From contig JAYZAC010000129.1 of assembly GCA_036339875.1 (NCBI GenBank), positions 1 to 22,970 on the forward strand: DNA of 22,970 nucleotides, in the 5' to 3' direction. This DNA comes from a bacterium. Lineage in GTDB: Bacteria; Muiribacteriota; UBA6191. The notes below the pieces were generated by a model. The model saw nothing but the letters and a program-made list of their open reading frames with translations, searched no databases and had not been told where the DNA came from. Positions 1 through 7,791 of this stretch are shown piece after piece. Both the position numbers and the translations under genes were made by a program. Each line of letters begins with the position of its first letter. The stretch's first letter is position 1.

Positions 1-474
1 TAGCTTTACACCACCACCAAATCCCACAAAAATATTATCAGGCCTAAAATACACGTGAAAAATAGATTTTTGATGTAGCAAATTTATGGCTAGGATAACT
101 GGAAAAAAAACTAGTAGAAGACTCGGTCTACCGGGTCCAGATTCAGAATAAACTTCTAAATTTAAACTATCAAAGCACTCTAATGCTAGTAAGCACTGCG
201 TCTCGTCTAGTCTATAATTCAGAATCTTGAAAAGATTTTGTGAACCTAGAGTTTGTAATATCTCAATGGTGCTCTGGTGTAAGGCTAATTGAGAATCAGA
301 TATAGGTATGTGAGCTGTAAATTGCTGAATTATAACTCTGGTATTACGCTGTGACGAGTCTAATGCCTCATAGAGTTTATAATTAGACCTCGAAAGTATG
401 ACTCGTTTCGCTTGATAACGACCATCAAAAAATTCCGCAAACTTAAGATCTTCTTCGCTCTGAGACTTATCCAT
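1..474 (-). CDS. Hanks-type Ser/Thr protein kinase-like protein, probable pseudokinase (3'-partial, runs off the window edge)
   Basis: Not in the ORF track. Manual translation from ATG at 474 gives 158 open codons: MDKSQSEEDLKFAEFFDGRYQAKRVILSRSNYKLYEALDSSQRNTRVIIQQF...NLFKILNY...LLALECFDSLNL...VILAINLLHQKSIFHVYFRPDNIFVGFGGGVKL. The layout matches kinase subdomains I-VII (GRY...; LH.K.I.H...PDNI.V....VKL). Confidence 0.8.
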   Translation of the reverse strand, partial: MDKSQSEEDLKFAEFFDGRYQAKRVILSRSNYKLYEALDSSQRNTRVIIQQFTAHIPISDSQLALHQSTIEILQTLGSQNLFKILNYRLDETQCLLALECFDSLNLEVYSESGPGRPSLLLVFFPVILAINLLHQKSIFHVYFRPDNIFVGFGGGVKL

Positions 475-500
475 ACTTCTACACTCGTATTTTCAGACAC

Positions 501-519
501 TTGATAATTATACTATCAA
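501..519 (-). promoter_or_regulatory. Candidate -10 box (TATAAT) inside a 6-7-6 palindrome upstream of the kinase-like gene
   Basis: TTGATA-attatac-TATCAA at 501-519; minus-strand TATAAT at 512-507; no convincing -35. Confidence 0.3.
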
Positions 520-525
520 AGCCTT

Positions 526-1176
526 TCAAGATTCAGGACGCAGATTGGATGTTCGATTGATTACATACCATGGGAATTCTTTAAGCTGAGTCTTACTTGG
601 AAAACCAACAGTACCAAGAATGGTGGTACGCTTTCTAAGATCTTGTTCTAATGTGGCATTAGCATTCTGCTCAAGAAATCCCTGCCTACCCATGGCCGTA
701 ATTCTAAAATGGACGTTATTGCCTTTGGGACTGTTCGCATCGCCTAAATTGGATGCCATTTCAATAGAGAAAGCTACTTTTTCAAATTTACTTATTCCTA
801 GCGGTTTACCATTACGATAAACACGATTTGTATCTTGATCGAAGAGATACTTTACTTTTTTCAACTTTGAACCAGTGTCTGTACCGGTGGCTAATGCAAA
901 GGTTTGAAATTCAAGTACATTATCTGTACCACCATTCTCAGACTTGATTAAAATCTTATTAGAATTAGTCCAAACCGCAGACTTCAAATCATAAACTAGC
1001 TTTTGGTATAAAATGTAGCAAGCCATCAAGCCTTCAGCTTTATTGGCAGATCGCTTGTATGTATTAATTCCGGCATTATAGACGAGATAAACTCCCCCAA
1101 AAAATACTACCAACAGCCCAATTGCAACTACGAGCTCGATTAGAGTAAAGCCTTTATATTTGCTGAATAACTTCAT
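526..1176 (-). CDS. Type IV pilin-like minor (pseudo)pilin, PilW/GspJ-like
   Basis: Class III signal KG|FTLIELVVAIGLL with Glu5; LVYDLKSA resembles the GspJ/PilW L..DL..A helix; ATGA overlap with the upstream gene. Confidence 0.8.
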   Translation of the reverse strand: MKLFSKYKGFTLIELVVAIGLLVVFFGGVYLVYNAGINTYKRSANKAEGLMACYILYQKLVYDLKSAVWTNSNKILIKSENGGTDNVLEFQTFALATGTDTGSKLKKVKYLFDQDTNRVYRNGKPLGISKFEKVAFSIEMASNLGDANSPKGNNVHFRITAMGRQGFLEQNANATLEQDLRKRTTILGTVGFPSKTQLKEFPWYVINRTSNLRPES

Positions 1177-1658
1177 GACTGTAAATTAAAATTCGTGGAT
1201 AGTGAATAGTCTCTGCGTCTTATTAATCTCTGTAGAGTGTAGGTTCTTAACTTTTGACCTGGCCCAAAAAACTTCCAAGAAATATTAACTTCTAACTTGC
1301 CAATACCATCATCTATTTCTCGAAAAAGTAAATCCTCTGCATACTCCGCTTGATTCAGACGCTTCTGATACTCCTCTGGTATTTCCATACCTGCAGCATC
1401 AATTTGAATCAGTTTATCTGTAGATCCTAGATTGCTATAACCAATCAGTTGATCATAAGGATATGAAGCGACTGCATCAGCAATTCGCATAGCTCTGATA
1501 TGAGCAAAAATATAATAGTCACTAAAACTTGTTTTCTGAGAACCTGATTGTAACATCGAAAAAACCGGAATCATCGCCATAGCTAGAATGCTAAAGGCAA
1601 TGATGATTTCGATCATACTAAAGCCTTTATTAACCATCCTCAGAAGCATAATTTTCAT
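1173..1658 (-). CDS. Type IV pilin-like minor (pseudo)pilin, PilV/GspI-like
   Basis: Class III signal KG|FSMIEIIIAFSILAMA with Glu5; short protein with a C-terminal KLEVNISW strand typical of PilV/GspI-like proteins; TAATG overlap with the upstream gene. Confidence 0.8.
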   Translation of the reverse strand: MKIMLLRMVNKGFSMIEIIIAFSILAMAMIPVFSMLQSGSQKTSFSDYYIFAHIRAMRIADAVASYPYDQLIGYSNLGSTDKLIQIDAAGMEIPEEYQKRLNQAEYAEDLLFREIDDGIGKLEVNISWKFFGPGQKLRTYTLQRLIRRRDYSLSTNFNLQS

Positions 1659-3382
1659 TACTGTAATCCCATAGACATTCTCTGTACATTAATTCCTACA
1701 GACATGGGCTCTAAAACAGCATAATAGTAAATTCTTTTGGCATTGGCATCACTATTCGCTGTGGTCGTGCCACTATGCAGTAACGGATCATAATTTAATT
1801 GACCTTTCAATTGATTCGGATCAGTAATTCGGTTAAATACAAGATTCCCATCTACACTCAATGATCCTATTACCTGAAAATTTCCTTGGGGCATTAAAGA
1901 TGCTTTAATACTTCCAGAAACTCGCATATCTCCATAGCTAATTACTGATAAAACATGCTTACTAGAGTCTTCGGGTAGCAGGTTATCGATCTGAACATCA
2001 CCTTCAGTAACAATCACAAGCTTACCTTTTAGCCTGCTAGGCAATTTTAATTTGGTATTAGGATTTTTGATATAAACAACACCATTAACACTATCACCTG
2101 CAGCACTTACTCTATCAAATAGAGCTTTGAAATTGTTTTGTAAGTCACCGGGTTCTTCTTTGACTACATAATTAGCCTTAGTTTCCCAATCATTTATATT
2201 ATTTAGTTTTTTATAGAAAACAGCAATTCTTTGAGCTTTCGGCCCTCCTGGAGTCTTCACCAATTTTTGAAAATCTGATAATATCTGAATTCTTTCAGTA
2301 TGTAGTTTAGAATAATCACGCGTCAATTGTGCAAATTCTTTCAATAAAGGTTTTACCTTGTCATTTATGATTCTCTTAGCTTTTCCAATACTACTTCGCT
2401 TCTTTGGCAGATTTTCTAATTCCTGAATAGCCTTATCGAGCTCATCATCTTTTTCTTTCACTTCATCAAACTTCTGACTAATCTCCTTGTTTTTGAACTT
2501 TAATTCAGGACTTATATTCAATTTCTGAAGATCAATATTTTTAACTAACGACAGAGCGATAATCTCCGACTGAAAAGGAGTAAAAGCCGGAATTGAATTA
2601 AGCAGAGGGGGCCTATTTAACAAGTTTAATAATTCATTAACATTTTCTCCAATGAATTCAATAGCCTGCTTCTGGTCATTAATTTTATTCTCGAATCTCT
2701 TTCTCCAATCAGGCGTTTTTTGAAGAATGTGTTCTTTTGATTGCTTCACAAGATAATTGTAGTTCTTCGGGTAGATCCAACCTCCAATATCTTGAACATA
2801 CAAGCTAGCCTGATCAAAAGGCCTTGGAGTCGAAATCAATTGCATCCTAAAGCCAATATGCTCTGTATATTCTCTCTCTAGACTTCTTGTAAATCCTAAC
2901 TTAGCTCTCACCTTCGCTTTGAATTCGATCGTGCCATATTTCTCATATAGCAGCCCTCCAAAAGACTTCTGCATGAGCACATTGGCGTTGACTATTCCAT
3001 CCACTAATTCGTATCTATTACTTTCTTCTTGATCTAAAATCTCATTAGCTAAAATTGGTACTGGGATAGTCCAAGAAATAGGCCCGCGGATGGCCTGATC
3101 ACGAATGTCTTGGAATAATTTGGTATTCGGGTCGTTGATTTCACTGCTAGTGATATGAATCGCCTCTTCCACAGCCGATTGAGCATAAAGTAGAGCTATA
3201 TCACCATTGATTGATGCACCGACATCTAGAGTGGTTCTTTCCACAAATTTGTAGTTTGCTAATCCAATTATGGCTAAGCCCATCAACAAAATTATTACAA
3301 GAACAATAACCATTCCCATACCGCGCTTAGTATGCGCGAAGGAAACCCTCACTAGTTGATAGCGAAGAGTCTGGGTGATCAT
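1658..3382 (-). CDS. Large PilX/GspK-like minor pilin
   Basis: KRG|MGMVIVLVIILLMGLAIIGL prepilin-type leader lacking Glu5 (the PilX/GspK hallmark); ALLYAQSAVEEA PilX-type helix; central charged helical region; C-terminal Gly/aliphatic beta repeats ending in YDP. Confidence 0.7.
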   Translation of the reverse strand: MITQTLRYQLVRVSFAHTKRGMGMVIVLVIILLMGLAIIGLANYKFVERTTLDVGASINGDIALLYAQSAVEEAIHITSSEINDPNTKLFQDIRDQAIRGPISWTIPVPILANEILDQEESNRYELVDGIVNANVLMQKSFGGLLYEKYGTIEFKAKVRAKLGFTRSLEREYTEHIGFRMQLISTPRPFDQASLYVQDIGGWIYPKNYNYLVKQSKEHILQKTPDWRKRFENKINDQKQAIEFIGENVNELLNLLNRPPLLNSIPAFTPFQSEIIALSLVKNIDLQKLNISPELKFKNKEISQKFDEVKEKDDELDKAIQELENLPKKRSSIGKAKRIINDKVKPLLKEFAQLTRDYSKLHTERIQILSDFQKLVKTPGGPKAQRIAVFYKKLNNINDWETKANYVVKEEPGDLQNNFKALFDRVSAAGDSVNGVVYIKNPNTKLKLPSRLKGKLVIVTEGDVQIDNLLPEDSSKHVLSVISYGDMRVSGSIKASLMPQGNFQVIGSLSVDGNLVFNRITDPNQLKGQLNYDPLLHSGTTTANSDANAKRIYYYAVLEPMSVGINVQRMSMGLQ

Positions 3383-3427
3383 TTGGTTATTTCCCGAGAT
3401 TTGAAGACGAATAGTCTTAAAGTAACG

Positions 3428-3844
3428 TTACAGATCTTCCGTATTTACTTCTACAATCTCTTCTTTCTCTTCTTCAAGATTCGGTGTATTTTCTCCCTCA
3501 GCAGGCTGGCCTGTGTCAGTATCATCGGTTCTGTCTTCAGTGGCGCCTTCGCCTGGGGTTAATCCTGCTCCCGCTGGGTTAACAGCTCCTGGAATATTAT
3601 TTACAACATCAGTACCGGTCTTGTCATCTTCAGCTTGTGTCCCTTGTGTTCCAGCTTCAGCTGTGCCTGGAAGTTCATCCGGTTTGTCAGCAGCTACAAT
3701 ACCTTTAGTATCTTTTCTACCACCATCAGCAGCTTGGCCCTGTTGTTGTTGATTACAGCAACCAGTCAAGTACATTAAACTTGCTACTAAACTAGCCAGT
3801 ATGACAATTCTAACTCTGGATGATTTAAAGTTTGATAAACCCAA
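3428..3844 (-). CDS. Predicted lipoprotein with an acidic low-complexity, probably disordered mature region
   Basis: TTG start with AAGGAGG SD (3850-3856); basic n-region, hydrophobic h-region and lipobox LTG|C; mature part rich in E/D/T/G/P/Q. Confidence 0.75.
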   Translation of the reverse strand: MGLSNFKSSRVRIVILASLVASLMYLTGCCNQQQQGQAADGGRKDTKGIVAADKPDELPGTAEAGTQGTQAEDDKTGTDVVNNIPGAVNPAGAGLTPGEGATEDRTDDTDTGQPAEGENTPNLEEEKEEIVEVNTEDL

Positions 3845-3905
3845 CTTGGCCTCCTTGACACTAGCAACTTTAGCATATTAATGCGCAATTTTCCTATTAG
3901 AATAA

Positions 3906-3933
3906 ATTTTATGATATTTGTAAATTTCGTCAA
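3906..3933 (-). promoter_or_regulatory. Candidate sigma70 promoter for the lipoprotein-pilin operon
   Basis: Minus strand TTGACG (3933-3928), 16 nt spacer, TAAAAT (3911-3906); adjacent small palindrome AGAGAT-aga-ATCTCT (3933-3947). Confidence 0.45.
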
Positions 3934-3950
3934 GAGATAGAATCTCTACG

Positions 3951-6900
3951 TTATTTATTTATCTTAGCTGCAGATACAATCTCGATCATCTCATTCTCGA
4001 TTTGAACATTTGTAATCTGTGTGTCAACACCTTCGACTATCTCGAAATCATTAATTCGTAAGTTATAGGAATTGAACGAGGTTACTTCCAAATCTATATC
4101 GTCAATTTGAGAGTCAATCTGATGTGCAAGATTAGCAGCTAGCCAAGTTAGCAGAATATGATCTAGACGATTTTGAGGACGTTTTATATTGATTCCGGGT
4201 ATTTTATCAACCATTCTCAATAGCTGAGAATACAACCACCCAGCGGCACGAGTGACCGACATGATCACTTTTGCTGTACCTAGATAAGGCTGAAGAGCAC
4301 CCTGATGTACAGGGTCATATAAGCTAACTGTATCGAAATCTAAAAAAGTTTTACCCTCGCGAAAACTAGATTTTCCAGACAAAAATATCGAGAATTTACC
4401 ACTTGGAGATCGATAATCATTTGGGTCTACCTCAACATTAACTTTTCCAAATGTCACAAATTTTATCAGCCTGGAACCTGCTCGTGCTATACCCTGTTTA
4501 ATTCCAAGATATGGTGAAGCTATACCGTTAATTAGGGAATAGAACCGATTTGTACTTCCAGAAATTTTCCTAAAATCCCCTTCAAAGAGCATATTAACCT
4601 GATTACCGTCCTCGAAATAAATTTTGGCAGTCTCTAATCCTTCAAAAAATCGAACAGTATCGGTATCTGACGAATTCTTTGAAATGACTCCCCTCCGCAT
4701 ACCAGTATAGAAATCGTTTATCAATTTTTGATTAATTCGGATTTTGGCCTGGCCAAGCAAATTGGACGATTCGATTAAACCTCGTTTATATTCGGAGTCA
4801 ACGCCATCTTGTTTAGTTTCTAATTCAGTTGAGGAATCATTACCATTGACTATATTTCGTCCCACCGAAGCACCTAGTTTCTGGCCCGATACATCGCCGT
4901 AAACATAGATTTTTCCTTGCAAAAGTTTAATCAGATCTATCTTGAAATTTGGGAATGATTCGAAAATTGGTAATCCATTGATTACTCTAATAGTTTCTAA
5001 GTGCGGAAAATATTTGAACTTTAATTTCTTATATGGGGTCTGATTCAAGGAAGCAATCAGCATGTTTAGAAGATTCAAAGTTGAATCTAAAATCACTGCA
5101 AATCCTGTTCGAAGCTCAATCGGGCCCTCACCATCCCGCTGAAGAATCAAAGATTGTATTTGAAAATCAAAATTATCAGGATGACTTTTAACTACTTTTG
5201 GGCGAACCTTAAGGGTAACAGTTTGACGATTCTCAGCACTCTCCCAATTATCATCTAGCTGTATATTTTTTAAGGTCAAGTCAAAGCTAATGGTACTCTG
5301 TGTAAAACTATGAAAACGAATTCCCTCTACAGAGGTAGTCTGAGTGTCCCCTATGCGTAGAAAACCAATTAAATAACGAGAAGCATATTGGTTCGCTACA
5401 CCCTCATCAAACTCAGCACTCATTGACGCTTGCTTTTTGATACGATCTTCTTCGTCTTGCGTCAAATACGAAACTCTCTTATAAATCAAAGCATGCCGTT
5501 CCTCTAAAATCTCACGATTCTTAATCAGCTCAGGAAGTTCGCTTTTAATGGCTTCCTTCATACTTGATATCTTTTTAGATACACTACGAATTTTTTGATT
5601 ACTTTTTGAAATGATATCCAGATGTTCAAGAATCACTGCAGATCTTTGACGCAATTCACGAAGAAGATTGATTAGTCTTTCGGGAATTGTATTTGAGTTG
5701 CGATCATCAGATGAAAAATCTTTAAGGTAAGATTCAATGGCATTATCAAGTTTGACTTGATTAGATATAATTTCCTGACTACTTAATCCAATAAGCTGGG
5801 CCAATCGAGAACGCACCAAATCAAATTTACTCTGCTCAGACTTCAACTCTTTGGTAGCAAGTTTGACTTTATTTTGTTCCTCACTTAAAACCTTATGCAA
5901 AGATTCAATTTCTCGAAACGAATCTTCTATCTGCGTTTTAGAGACATTCTGTTTTAGGTTTATCAATTCTTCTTCTAGAAACTTTACGTTTTGAAAAGTT
6001 TTTCGTAATTTGATAGACACAAAATCCAGTTCTTCTAGTTGCGACTTTGCATTACTCAAATCTCTATCAAAATTTTCATTAGCAGACTCTACCAGTTTGG
6101 CTGAATCAACAGTTTGTAAATTATTTAAAAACTCCGATTCTAATACTAGTTTATCTGTATTGATCAAAAAGAAATTTGAAGCATCCTTTTGCGACATGAT
6201 GCGCCTGAGCATACTTTGATATTTAGCACTCTCTAGCAAATCTAGTGTGGACTTAGAATTAATTTTTCTTTGCAATTCATCGGTTACTTTCTTGAGCATC
6301 GAATCCATGAAATCGGGATTGCTAGTTCTTTGTGGATAAGTCTTACGTATCAGTTGCAATAATTCAGCTTTATCACCTCGAGTTTGAATCACATGATCAT
6401 AATTTAGACCTGTATGATTCAAAAATTGAAGCTTATAATCATCTGAAACACTAACCCCATCAGTAGTCGAAATAACCAGTAGAGGCTTTATTAAACTTGA
6501 AAAATCAACCCGTTGCTCAAAATCGTCAATGACTTTCTCAACCTCTTGCTGATTCAATTTGGCTATCAAACTTTCAATACGTGGAACTTTCCTTACATTG
6601 AGCACCTTATTTCTCATGGCAATCATTTCTTCTTTAATGAAACTCTGCCGCTTTAATGAATCTAAATAGCGATTATATAAAACTCCTGCTAGTTCTCTAA
6701 ATTGAGGTTTAATTCGAGTATATCTAACAAGTTCTGATATGGTTAGACGACCTTTATCACCAGTTTGACTTTTTTCCAAGTCATCAAAATTTATCTCACC
6801 CTGCAAACTATCTAATTGATCAAGCGCTGATAGCATCTGCTGATGCTCTCCAAACCACATCATAGTCTCAACACTAAAAAACTTTGTGTACGCAAGCTGG

Positions 6901-7742
6901 AGATAACTAGGCAATGTCATGGCATACTTAAAAGCTACTCTGAATTTCCTCAGTCCTAGCTGCCCAGAAGCAATTTCGGACCACGGAAATCTCAAAACTA
7001 ACATTGGTTTATTACTCAATTTTAAATTTTCCCATTTTTCGAGAAGGTAGGACTTATTCTGATCATTGGATGATTCAGCATTGGCTCTTATTGCATATTC
7101 AATTATTTGATGAAATTTTCGTCTTATTCTTACCAAAAAAGGTGCTTGGGAACTACCTCCAAGCTGATCGATCGATTGCTCCAAGGCAAATAAAATATCG
7201 CGAACATTTAATGTATCATCGGAAGTGTTCTTCTTATCCCAGCCTCGCGACTGCAATTCCATTAACTGGCTTACAGTTAAATATTGAGAACTGAGCCCTC
7301 TTTTATTCAATTTTTCCGCTAAATCTTCAAGGTGTAGATAATATTTATATTTACGCTTAAGTTGTTTAGCCTCAGAGCTGTCATCATCTGGTTTTTTATA
7401 ACTAACGAACTTTGATAAGAACTTTCTGAGTGCATACATTTCTTTGCGCGTAGAAATACTTGCAGCATCCCTAGGGGTAATTCCCATAGAAACTTTCACT
7501 GTAGCTGCCCAGTCATTAAATGACTCAAGGGCATCCGAACCTTGAAAATCCTCTAAATAAAGAACTTTTCCCCAGAGAATGAGATCCAATGAATCATCAA
7601 CTAAATCTGATTTTTGTAGCGATTCAGTCTCATCATTTGTTATCGATGAAAATCCATCGAATCCAGGTATCTCTGCGTCAACGAAAATGACATTAAAGTA
7701 AAGAAAATTGAATAATATAATTAGACGCAAACAGAAATTCAT
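3951..7742 (-). CDS. Large secreted hypothetical protein (1263 aa) with a long coiled coil and two related C-terminal alpha/beta domains
   Basis: Long ORF; Sec-type signal MNFCLRLIILFNFLYFNVIFVDA|E; heptad-rich E/K/L/Q segment at about aa 545-775; beta-rich C-terminal third. Confidence 0.8.
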   Translation of the reverse strand: MNFCLRLIILFNFLYFNVIFVDAEIPGFDGFSSITNDETESLQKSDLVDDSLDLILWGKVLYLEDFQGSDALESFNDWAATVKVSMGITPRDAASISTRKEMYALRKFLSKFVSYKKPDDDSSEAKQLKRKYKYYLHLEDLAEKLNKRGLSSQYLTVSQLMELQSRGWDKKNTSDDTLNVRDILFALEQSIDQLGGSSQAPFLVRIRRKFHQIIEYAIRANAESSNDQNKSYLLEKWENLKLSNKPMLVLRFPWSEIASGQLGLRKFRVAFKYAMTLPSYLQLAYTKFFSVETMMWFGEHQQMLSALDQLDSLQGEINFDDLEKSQTGDKGRLTISELVRYTRIKPQFRELAGVLYNRYLDSLKRQSFIKEEMIAMRNKVLNVRKVPRIESLIAKLNQQEVEKVIDDFEQRVDFSSLIKPLLVISTTDGVSVSDDYKLQFLNHTGLNYDHVIQTRGDKAELLQLIRKTYPQRTSNPDFMDSMLKKVTDELQRKINSKSTLDLLESAKYQSMLRRIMSQKDASNFFLINTDKLVLESEFLNNLQTVDSAKLVESANENFDRDLSNAKSQLEELDFVSIKLRKTFQNVKFLEEELINLKQNVSKTQIEDSFREIESLHKVLSEEQNKVKLATKELKSEQSKFDLVRSRLAQLIGLSSQEIISNQVKLDNAIESYLKDFSSDDRNSNTIPERLINLLRELRQRSAVILEHLDIISKSNQKIRSVSKKISSMKEAIKSELPELIKNREILEERHALIYKRVSYLTQDEEDRIKKQASMSAEFDEGVANQYASRYLIGFLRIGDTQTTSVEGIRFHSFTQSTISFDLTLKNIQLDDNWESAENRQTVTLKVRPKVVKSHPDNFDFQIQSLILQRDGEGPIELRTGFAVILDSTLNLLNMLIASLNQTPYKKLKFKYFPHLETIRVINGLPIFESFPNFKIDLIKLLQGKIYVYGDVSGQKLGASVGRNIVNGNDSSTELETKQDGVDSEYKRGLIESSNLLGQAKIRINQKLINDFYTGMRRGVISKNSSDTDTVRFFEGLETAKIYFEDGNQVNMLFEGDFRKISGSTNRFYSLINGIASPYLGIKQGIARAGSRLIKFVTFGKVNVEVDPNDYRSPSGKFSIFLSGKSSFREGKTFLDFDTVSLYDPVHQGALQPYLGTAKVIMSVTRAAGWLYSQLLRMVDKIPGINIKRPQNRLDHILLTWLAANLAHQIDSQIDDIDLEVTSFNSYNLRINDFEIVEGVDTQITNVQIENEMIEIVSAAKINK

Positions 7743-7791
7743 AATCTAGCCAACATTAACATACGCCCTAAGGCCAGTAAAAGTTGCTAAT

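Noticed and set aside
103..110. A8 homopolymer in the kinase-like gene (also T8 near 22800 and A7 near 8918)
   Set aside because: Expected in AT-rich DNA, and the reading frames are intact.
3741..3752. (TGT)n microsatellite
   Set aside because: It simply encodes the short poly-Gln run of the lipoprotein; too short and in frame to suggest phase variation.
3861..3875. CIRCE-like half sites (CTAGCAAC, TTAGCA)
   Set aside because: No matching second half at 9-nt spacing.
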